A DNA stretch of 64,000 bases from a candidate division FCPU426 bacterium. Its GTDB lineage: Bacteria; Oederibacteriota; Muellerivitia; Muellerivitales; Muellerivitaceae. A program made the position numbers and the translations under genes. Each line of letters begins with the position of its first letter. Within the stretch, counting starts at the first letter, position 1. The stretch is from contig CAWCKJ010000002.1 of assembly GCA_963796105.1 (NCBI GenBank), positions 1-64,000 of the forward strand, read 5' to 3'. The notes under the pieces were generated by a model. The model did not search any database. It was not told where the DNA came from and saw only the letters and a program-made list of their open reading frames with translations. Shown here piece after piece: positions 1 to 7,379 of the stretch.

Positions 1-186
1 CAAATCGACCGGTCGAGCGTGGAAAACACGGACGGAACCCATTACTGGGTAAAAGTCATCGGGAAGAACCTTTACAACTCTGACGCCAGGGGGCCTGGTT
101 CCCAGATCGAGCTGCCCTTTCACCTCGTGGTGGTGGTCAAAAAAGAAAACGGGAAGCTGATCGTGACGGATTTCCAGAGGTTTTAG
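1..186 (+). CDS. 3' end of a gene running in from the left edge; possibly VirB8/TraE-like conjugation protein
   Basis: Frame 1 is open from base 1 to TAG at 184-186 (QIDRSSVENTDGTHYWVKVIG...ENGKLIVTDFQRF*). The ending resembles the 'G-L-x-V-x-D-F' terminus of VirB8/TrbF-like proteins, and the context is an integrative element. Confidence 0.4.
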   Translation, partial: QIDRSSVENTDGTHYWVKVIGKNLYNSDARGPGSQIELPFHLVVVVKKENGKLIVTDFQRF

Positions 187-190
187 CCAT

Positions 191-1663
191 ATGGAAGAAA
201 ACGTATTGCAGATAAACCCGGAGTTGGCCAGGCGGTGCCTTCAATCCGCCCATTTGTGCATGGAGACGAACCGGTTCAAGGAAGCTTTAAAGCTTTTTGA
301 TGAGGTCATCTCCAATCACCAGCCCCAGAACGTGGAAGCCCACCTGGAAGCGGCCAAAATTTACGCCAGGTACAAACAACCTCATTCCATCCTCAAGGTG
401 ATTAACAGGCTCCACAACTTCTCCCCAAAGACACCTGAAAGCCTCGTATTGCTTGCCCGAGCCCAATACCAAATGGGACTCAATTCCGATTGCCGGGAAA
501 GTTTAGGGGAGATTTTCGCCATGAAGAGGGATTTCCCCGACGCCGTGGCTTTGGAAGCAGAATTGTGCATCCGCACCGGGAAATATGATACCGCTGTGGA
601 GAAGTTCGAGACCCTAAGCCTCAGGTATCCCAAGAACTACAACTACCTGACGCTCTTGGCTGTTTCCCATTACGCCTGCGGTCAATTCCACCGCACCATC
701 ACCCTTTGTACGACCCTCATGCAGGCAGGGGTTACTGATTCCAAGATCACACGGTTATATGAAATGGCCAAAAAGAAAAGAAGAAACGAAGCGCTTGGAA
801 AGTTGAAGAAAGTGAAACCCCTCAAATGGCTTTTCGCCCAGATTTTCGACCCCTTCCTGGAAAAGGAGATGAGAGCCGAATCCGAAACCCAGACCACTCA
901 GGAGGATTTGGTGCAGGAAACCTTGGTGGACCACCGGACAGGGTTATTGAACGACCGGGCGGCGGTGCAGCAAATACCCGCCTTGGCCGCCCGTAGGAAA
1001 AACCAATTTTTCCTGGCCATGGCTGATATCGACTTTTTCAAATCCTTTAACGACGTCCACTACAACCACCAGGTTGGAAACGCCGTATTGAAAGCCTTGG
1101 CCAAGGCGGGCCAGCAAATCTTCACCAAAAACAGGATTTGGAGGTATGGCGGCGAAGAGCTTGTTTGGGTTTGGGATGGAACTGAAGAAGAAGCGGTGGA
1201 AAAAGCGGAGGAATTAAGGAAGCACTGTGAAGAGAAGGTGGTGACGGAAACGAATGAAATCATCCAGAAAGAGGATATCCGGCACTTTACGGACGGGTTT
1301 GACCACAAGAAGGACGATCTGTTTCTTATCCACTACTCGGTGACCATATCCCAAGCCCTCGTTGAATGGGGGGAAGACGGCACCAACCTGGAAGGAATTA
1401 TTACGGCGGCGGATCACGGCCTATACACCGCCAAGGATAGTGGAAGGAACACGGTGGTCTTTCGGGGAACTCCCAAAAGCGCCGGGCCAAAACCCGTCAA
1501 ATACACCCCAGAACTTCTCGAAATCCTCCACGAGTATTCCACCAAGAAAGGTTCCGCCAATTGGTGGGTCTATTTGGAGAAGACCAACGAAAAGGGGAAA
1601 AACGAGGCATTGGAATTCGCAAGGAACACCCTGGCTGACAAGGAGGTGATAACGAAAAAATAA
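191..1663 (+). CDS. TPR-repeat diguanylate cyclase (GGDEF domain)
   Basis: N-terminal TPR helices, then D-x-x-TGLLN, DIDFFKSFND, GNAVLK, RYGGEEL and ADHGLYTAKDSGRN motifs. Confidence 0.9.
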   Translation: MEENVLQINPELARRCLQSAHLCMETNRFKEALKLFDEVISNHQPQNVEAHLEAAKIYARYKQPHSILKVINRLHNFSPKTPESLVLLARAQYQMGLNSDCRESLGEIFAMKRDFPDAVALEAELCIRTGKYDTAVEKFETLSLRYPKNYNYLTLLAVSHYACGQFHRTITLCTTLMQAGVTDSKITRLYEMAKKKRRNEALGKLKKVKPLKWLFAQIFDPFLEKEMRAESETQTTQEDLVQETLVDHRTGLLNDRAAVQQIPALAARRKNQFFLAMADIDFFKSFNDVHYNHQVGNAVLKALAKAGQQIFTKNRIWRYGGEELVWVWDGTEEEAVEKAEELRKHCEEKVVTETNEIIQKEDIRHFTDGFDHKKDDLFLIHYSVTISQALVEWGEDGTNLEGIITAADHGLYTAKDSGRNTVVFRGTPKSAGPKPVKYTPELLEILHEYSTKKGSANWWVYLEKTNEKGKNEALEFARNTLADKEVITKK

Positions 1664-1699
1664 TTTTTTTTGGTCATTAAATTCAAAAGGAGAAGGGGC

Positions 1700-2041
1700 A
1701 TGGGTTTAAAAGTCAGGATTACCAGGATGTTTCCATATGACGGGGAACACACGAAGGCTTTTGTCGGAGCAAAGGTCCAAATATCTGGTCGTGTCTTTGG
1801 TTACAACGAATTAACGCTTGTGAAGAAGAAAGACGGGGATGGTTTTTTCTTGGGCCTTCCTTCTAGGCCTGGAAGGCAGGAGGGAGAGTACCACGATATT
1901 TGCTACATGGACGCAAATACCCGGAAAGACATTGAGAAAGTCGCAATCGCCGAGTACGAGAAGAAAATCAAGGAAAGCGCACAGGTGCCTATAGAGGATA
2001 ACCAAGGACCGAGGGAGGAAAGGAGAAAAGTGAAAAGGTGA
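1700..2041 (+). CDS. spoVG: SpoVG-family nucleic-acid-binding protein (copy 1)
   Basis: KAF...LTLV...GFFLGLPSR...EYHDIC...RKDIEK pattern. ATG at 1700 follows AGGAG, so the ORF-track start at 1670 is probably too long. Confidence 0.8.
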   Translation: MGLKVRITRMFPYDGEHTKAFVGAKVQISGRVFGYNELTLVKKKDGDGFFLGLPSRPGRQEGEYHDICYMDANTRKDIEKVAIAEYEKKIKESAQVPIEDNQGPREERRKVKR

Positions 2042-2072
2042 CGGGCAGGATAAAAATCAAAGGAGGAAGCAA

Positions 2073-2375
2073 ATGGCTTTAAAGGTCAAGGTTACGAGGA
2101 TGTACCCCTACGAAGGGGAGAACACGCAGGCGTTTTTCGACGTGAAGGTTGCCATTGCCAGTTATGAGTTCTATTTCAACGACCTGACATTGGTGAAGAA
2201 GAAGGATGGGGATGGGTTATTCGTGGGGTTCCCGTCCCGCCCGGGCAAGAAGGATGGGGAGTATTTCCACTTTTGCAACGCCAACAAAAAGGCGAAGGCG
2301 GAAATAGAGAAGGCGGCAGTAGCCGAATTCAAGAAGAAAGCCGAAAAGAAGGAATCGGCCCCAGGCAACCCTTAA
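2073..2375 (+). CDS. spoVG: SpoVG-family protein (copy 2)
   Basis: QAFFDV...DLTLV...GLFVGFPSR...GEYF; clear paralogue of copy 1; strong RBS AGGAGG. Confidence 0.8.
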   Translation: MALKVKVTRMYPYEGENTQAFFDVKVAIASYEFYFNDLTLVKKKDGDGLFVGFPSRPGKKDGEYFHFCNANKKAKAEIEKAAVAEFKKKAEKKESAPGNP

Positions 2376-2426
2376 GTTTTAGAAAACAGCTGATTTTGAG
2401 TCTTATCAAGTCATTTCAGGAAAACA

Positions 2427-2705
2427 ATGATGATGGATAGAAGAAGAAGCGAGAGAAGGAAAAGGGAGGAGGATGACCTTATGACGGACGAAGAGGTGGC
2501 CCTCATGGCAAAGGTGCCGGTGCGTACCGTCCGATTCTGGCGAAATTCCGGCACTTTGCCTTGCGTGAAAGTCGGACGACACCCGAGGATTTGGCTTTCG
2601 GATTTCCAAAGGACGTTCCATAAACCCCCCGACAAAGGGGCTTTGGAAATTGAGCCCGATACTGTTAAAATATATTCTGCTAGGAACATTAGGAGGCAGT
2701 CATGA
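2427..2705 (+). CDS. Excisionase-like HTH_17 DNA-binding protein
   Basis: LMTDEEVALMAKVPVRTVRFWRNSGTLPCVKVG..RI; overlaps the integrase start (ATGA). Confidence 0.8.
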   Translation: MMMDRRRSERRKREEDDLMTDEEVALMAKVPVRTVRFWRNSGTLPCVKVGRHPRIWLSDFQRTFHKPPDKGALEIEPDTVKIYSARNIRRQS

Positions 2706-3853
2706 GTAGGCCTAATGTTCGTGGTTTACCCCAACATCTGCGAAAGGATAAAGGGGGATACTATCTGGATTATGTGGTCCAGGAGGAGGGATTAAGAAAG
2801 AGGAAAAGGGTCCGGTTGGGACAAGTGCCCTTGGAAAAAGCCAAGAAGGTGCTAGCCCAGCATATGCAGACCATCGTTGAAGGCAAGTTTTTGGCTGTCG
2901 AAATGCCGAAAATATCGTTCAACGAGGCCGCTGACGCGTTTTTGGCCTATTCCGAATCCAGGAAGAAAAGTTTCCAACAAGACAGGTTTTACGTTAGGAA
3001 TCTCAAGGCGTTTTTCGGCAACAGGGCCTTTGAGAGCATCAATCTGGACCTGGTGGAAAAATACTTGAACTGGAGGAGGAAGGAGGGCAATAAACACTGG
3101 AAGGAATTAACGGGCACGACCCTTAATCGGGACCTGTCTTGCTTGAAAACCATCGCCCGAAGGGCGGTGTTGAACAGGCAAATCGACAGGAATCCCCTTG
3201 AAGGTCTGAGGCTCTTTAAGGAAACTCCAAGGGATAAGACCCTTACCACTGAGCAATACCAAAGCCTTATTGAGAATTGTCCCATGCACCTTAAACCCAT
3301 TGTGGAGCTGGCTTACTTTACCGGAATGCGGAAGGGTGAAATCATGGGGCTGGAATTGAAGCAATTGGATATTAATCAAGGGATCATCACGCTTGAGGCG
3401 GAAGACACTAAGACGCAGGCGAAAAGGGAAATACCCCTTGATGAAAACCTAAGAACAATTCTCAAGAAGATCCCGAGGGTTTTGGGTTGCCCGTATGTTT
3501 TCACTTATAGGCGTCAAAAGCTGACGGATATGAGGTCCGCATTCAAGACCGCTTGCAGGAAGGCAGGATTGAAGGATTTTCATTTTCATGATCTTCGCCA
3601 CTGCGCGGTGACGAATATGCGGAAGGCGGGTGTTCCGGAAGGCGTCATTATGAGCATTACAGGCCACAAGACCCACGCGATGTTTAGGAGGTATGACCAA
3701 GTGGACCGGGTGGACCGGTTGGAGGCCTTGGAACGGGTCCGGGGCTTCGTGGATGCGAATAATACACGATTGGAACCCCTTGCCAAGCATCCCAAAGACA
3801 CGTATAAGACACGGACGGATATTTTAAAATTGCACAGAGATGGGGCCGGGTAA
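2702..3853 (+). CDS. Tyrosine recombinase / phage-type integrase
   Basis: TGMRKGE (catalytic R), KT, FHDLRH (HxxR), TGH and MFRRY (catalytic Y); N-terminal arm-binding and SAM-like domains. Confidence 0.95.
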   Translation: MSRPNVRGLPQHLRKDKGGYYLDYVVQEEGLRKRKRVRLGQVPLEKAKKVLAQHMQTIVEGKFLAVEMPKISFNEAADAFLAYSESRKKSFQQDRFYVRNLKAFFGNRAFESINLDLVEKYLNWRRKEGNKHWKELTGTTLNRDLSCLKTIARRAVLNRQIDRNPLEGLRLFKETPRDKTLTTEQYQSLIENCPMHLKPIVELAYFTGMRKGEIMGLELKQLDINQGIITLEAEDTKTQAKREIPLDENLRTILKKIPRVLGCPYVFTYRRQKLTDMRSAFKTACRKAGLKDFHFHDLRHCAVTNMRKAGVPEGVIMSITGHKTHAMFRRYDQVDRVDRLEALERVRGFVDANNTRLEPLAKHPKDTYKTRTDILKLHRDGAG

Positions 3854-3931
3854 ATTTTTCCGAAAAGCGACCGAATAAGACACCGACAAATTTCGCTTTC
3901 CCGGAAACGAAAGACACGTATAAGACACGGA
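3794..3931 (+). repeat. Arm-type integrase binding repeats (att arm)
   Basis: AAAGACACGTATAAGACACGGA is exact at 3794-3815 and 3910-3931, each a tandem AAGACACG pair. A single TAAGACAC lies at 3876-3883. Confidence 0.65.
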
Positions 3932-4044
3932 GGGGTATTTTTGAGGTTCACTTTTTCGGAACGAAAAAAATTATTTTTGGACGATGTTCGGAAATTGTTG
4001 TAGCATAAGGCTTTTGCGAGATTTTCTAAAAGTTTTTTCCACAC

Positions 4045-4131
4045 GCGGAAGTGGCGAAATTGGCAGACGCACTAGATTCAGGTTCTAGCGGGGGCAACCT
4101 CATGGGGGTTCAACTCCCCCCTTCCGCACCA
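4045..4131 (+). tRNA. tRNA-Leu (anticodon CAG)
   Basis: Acceptor stem GCGGAAG/CTTCCGC, D-loop TGGCAGAC, anticodon arm CTAGA-TTCAGGT-TCTAG, long variable arm, GGTTCAACTCC, encoded ACCA. Confidence 0.97.
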
Positions 4132-4179
4132 ATTATCCTTGTTTTAAAAAATAATTTAAAGAAATTGGCGCAGTACCGA

Positions 4180-4382
4180 TGTCATTGCGAGGAATACCCG
4201 GCGAATAGCTTGGTGGTAATGACGAAGCAAACGCAGCCATTCGAGAGCCTCATGGCCCTGAGCGAAGTCGAAGGGTTTAAATCAACTGGTATTGCCCTCG
4301 GCAAAACCCTCAGCTATAAATCACCCGTGAACTTGGGTTGCTTCGTCACTGAAACCAATGAAAGACGCTCCTCGCAATGACA
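4180..4382. repeat. Nested REP/MITE-like palindromic element
   Basis: TGTCATTGCGAGGA (4180) pairs with TCCTCGCAATGACA (4369-4382). Inner TGACGAAGCAA pairs with TTGCTTCGTCA. A second motif, CCCTGAGCGAAGTCGAAGGG (4256-4275), lies inside. Confidence 0.75.
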
Positions 4383-4422
4383 ACATGAAATCAAAGATGA
4401 AAGTCTAGGGAGACAAAAATCC

Positions 4423-7020
4423 ATGGCCAAATTAAAAAGCGATCCATCGGGTGATGAGGTTTCGCGGGTACGCCTGCCGAACGGCGCTACTCTCCTCGTG
4501 AAGGAAACGCGTTCCAATCCCGTGGTGTCACTGAACCTCTGGATCGAGGCGGGATCCATCGACGAAAAGCCCAATGAGCGGGGCATGGCCCACTTGATCG
4601 AGCACATGATCTTCAAGGGCACCAAGAGCCGGGGGGTGGGGCAGATTTCCAGGGAAGTGGAGGGAGCCGGCGGTTACCTGAACGCCTTCACGAGCTTCGA
4701 GCACACCTGCTTTTACGTGGTTCTTCCCAAGCAGCAGATCCGGAAAGCCATGGACGTCGAGTTCGACGCCTATTTCAATTCCATGTTCGACGCTATGGAG
4801 CTGGAAAAGGAAAAGGAGGTCGTTTTCGAGGAAATGCGCATGAGGCGCGACGATCCCTGGAGCTGGTCCTGGGAGATGATGTTCAAGACCCTGTACAAGA
4901 AATGCCCCTACCGCTGGCCGGTCATCGGGGACCCCGAAATCTTGAAAAAAGTCCCGAGGGAAAGCCTGTTAAGGTACTACCAAACCCATTACGTGTCGAA
5001 GAACACCGTCGTGGCGGTCGTGGGGGATGTCAAAACCAAGGATGTCATCCGCTGGACCAGGGAAATGTTCAGGAAGGGAGCCACCCTCCCGGTCCCTCCA
5101 AGGCGGTTTCAAAAAGAGCCGGAACCCTCGGGGCTCCAGGCCCGATGGGAAGAAGGCGACATCCAGCAAACCTACGTTTCCCTGGGTTTCCCCTCGGTCT
5201 CCCTTTTCGAGCCTGACGCGCCCGCTTTGGAAGTGTTGGACTCGGTATTGGGCGACGGCAATTCCAGCCGGCTGAACATCTCGGTGCGGGAGCAAAAACA
5301 ATCCGCCGATGAGGTCGGGACGGATCATTTCCTCGGGAAATACGGCGGGGCCTTCGTGGTCCAGGGCCTGACGGACCAAAAGAGGCTGGAGCCATTCCTT
5401 CGCGACATCATGGCGGAGGCGCGGAAAATTTACGACCAAGGGGTTTCCGAAGGGGAACTGGCCAAGGTCAAGAATAAGCTGAGGGCCTCCAAGATATTCG
5501 AGAAGCAAAGCGTTGACGGCCAAGCCAAGTCCCTGGGTTTCTGGGAACTCCTGGGGGATTACCGAAAGGAAGAGGAGTATTTGAAGGCCCTGGAATCTGT
5601 GACCAGCGACGACTTGAGACGGGCCGCGCGAAAATACCTCCACCCCTCCCGGGCATCCCTGGTGGTGTATCACCCTAGGGGTCAAAAGGGAAAATCCAGC
5701 CCGGCGCGTCTGCAAACCCTGCTCACAAAATCTTTTTCCGAGGCCGGAAGGGCCGCCCGTCCCAGGCTTTCGATGGATTCCTCTACACAAAAAATCACCC
5801 TGGCCAACGGTTCCACCCTCCTGCTGAGGCCCCGCAAGAACCTGCCGATTGCCTCCCTTGGCGTATTTTTAAGGGGCGGATTCGCGGATGAGACCGAAAA
5901 CAACTTCGGCATCACCCACTTGATGACCAAATGCCTCTCCAAAGGCACCCAGCAGAAAAGCCATGAGGAACTTTCCGGGAAAATAGAGGGCCTGGCCGCC
6001 CAACTGGACCCCTTCATGGAAAAGGATTTTTGGGGGATCAGCCTGGAGGTCCTTTCCTCGCGGTTCGAGGAGGCTTTCGGGCTCCTGGGGGAAGTTCTTT
6101 TGGAGCCGGCCTTCGCGGAGGAGGAAGTGCTCAAGGAAAAAAAGATCCAACTCGCGTCCATCCGCCGCCTGAAGGATGACCCTTCCGAGTACACCATGCT
6201 GCAATCGGACGTCCTGACTTTCAAGGATACGCCCTACGCCCACATGCCGGTCGGTTCCGAAAAGAGCGTTTCCGGGATGACGACCCTGGACGTGAAGGGG
6301 TGGCACGCCAAGTACCTGGATCCTTTCCAAATGACCTGGGTGGCGGTGGGGGACATCGAGGCGGGTTTATTGGTTAGGCTCTTGAACAAGAAAATGCCGG
6401 GGATTTCGAACAAAGGGACGAGCCCTTCGAAGGTCCCCCCGCAACAGGGCCCCCTATTCGCCTCCCTTGAGGAAACGATCGATAGCCAGCAGACCAACAT
6501 CGTCCTGGGTTTGCGCGCCCCGGACTTGAAATCCAAGGACTATTTCAACTTCCGGGTCCTCAATACCATGTTGAGCGGCATGGGGGGCAAGCTGTTTGCG
6601 GAATTGCGGGAAAAGAGGAGTTTGGCCTACAGCGTCCATGCCTCCCATGACGCCGCGGCATTGGGCGGGGCTTACCAAATCTACCTGGGCTGCTCCCCGG
6701 ATAAGACCGAATCGGCGCGGAAGGGCCTGGAGGAGGTCCTTCAGAACTTCGCGGAAAACCCGATCTCGGAGACTGACTTGAAAAGGGCCAAAACCTACAT
6801 GGTCGGATTGTTCTGGGTCGGGCTCCAATCCAACCGCTCCCAGCTCTATGCCTTGGGACAATACCATCTCTCGGGAATGGGAATGGAAACCTTGGATAAA
6901 TTCCCTAAAATAATCGAGGCCATCACCAGTAAAGAGTTGGGAGAAACGGCCAAGAAATATCTGTTATCGGACCAGAGGACCTGGGTGGTCGTAGGGCCCA
7001 AAACCTCCGGGAGGAAGTAA
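4423..7020 (+). CDS. M16 family zinc protease (PqqL-like, two fused modules)
   Basis: HLIEH inverted zinc motif and NAFTSFEHT; second module without the metal ligands; LREKRSLAY. Confidence 0.95.
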   Translation: MAKLKSDPSGDEVSRVRLPNGATLLVKETRSNPVVSLNLWIEAGSIDEKPNERGMAHLIEHMIFKGTKSRGVGQISREVEGAGGYLNAFTSFEHTCFYVVLPKQQIRKAMDVEFDAYFNSMFDAMELEKEKEVVFEEMRMRRDDPWSWSWEMMFKTLYKKCPYRWPVIGDPEILKKVPRESLLRYYQTHYVSKNTVVAVVGDVKTKDVIRWTREMFRKGATLPVPPRRFQKEPEPSGLQARWEEGDIQQTYVSLGFPSVSLFEPDAPALEVLDSVLGDGNSSRLNISVREQKQSADEVGTDHFLGKYGGAFVVQGLTDQKRLEPFLRDIMAEARKIYDQGVSEGELAKVKNKLRASKIFEKQSVDGQAKSLGFWELLGDYRKEEEYLKALESVTSDDLRRAARKYLHPSRASLVVYHPRGQKGKSSPARLQTLLTKSFSEAGRAARPRLSMDSSTQKITLANGSTLLLRPRKNLPIASLGVFLRGGFADETENNFGITHLMTKCLSKGTQQKSHEELSGKIEGLAAQLDPFMEKDFWGISLEVLSSRFEEAFGLLGEVLLEPAFAEEEVLKEKKIQLASIRRLKDDPSEYTMLQSDVLTFKDTPYAHMPVGSEKSVSGMTTLDVKGWHAKYLDPFQMTWVAVGDIEAGLLVRLLNKKMPGISNKGTSPSKVPPQQGPLFASLEETIDSQQTNIVLGLRAPDLKSKDYFNFRVLNTMLSGMGGKLFAELREKRSLAYSVHASHDAAALGGAYQIYLGCSPDKTESARKGLEEVLQNFAENPISETDLKRAKTYMVGLFWVGLQSNRSQLYALGQYHLSGMGMETLDKFPKIIEAITSKELGETAKKYLLSDQRTWVVVGPKTSGRK

Positions 7021-7322
7021 TGTTTGTTTTGGGAAATTTAATCTCCGCCCTGGCTTGGATCGTAGATTGGGCCCTGGCTTTCCTGGAAATCCTCGTCATC
7101 GCGCGGGTCATTTTATTCTGGGTCAACGCCGATCCTTACAACACGATCGTCCGGGGAGTCCAGACCATCACGGAGCCCATCCTGAGGCCCTTCCGCAGGC
7201 TTATTCCTCCCTGGAGGGTCGGCGGCTTGGATTTATCCCCCCTATTTGCCATCATATGCATCCATTTCATCCGAATCTTTTTAACCCCCACCCTTTACCA
7301 AATCGCTGAAAAACTCAAATAA
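7020..7322 (+). CDS. yggT: YggT family membrane protein
   Basis: ITEPILRPFRRLIPP...LDLSPL signature. Confidence 0.9.
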   Translation: MFVLGNLISALAWIVDWALAFLEILVIARVILFWVNADPYNTIVRGVQTITEPILRPFRRLIPPWRVGGLDLSPLFAIICIHFIRIFLTPTLYQIAEKLK

Positions 7323-7379
7323 AACACGATACATTAGGCCTTTTTCCCCTTATCCCATTCATCTATTATTAATAAACCC

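Larger units (their letters stand above)
1..4044 (+). mobile_element. End of an integrative (ICE/IME or prophage-like) element adjacent to tRNA-Leu
   Basis: Co-oriented Xis-like HTH and tyrosine integrase, arm-type direct repeats, adjacent tRNA. The other boundary is outside the window. Confidence 0.75.

Noticed and set aside
4051..4380. 109-aa ORF
   Set aside because: It overlaps tRNA-Leu and the REP-like element.
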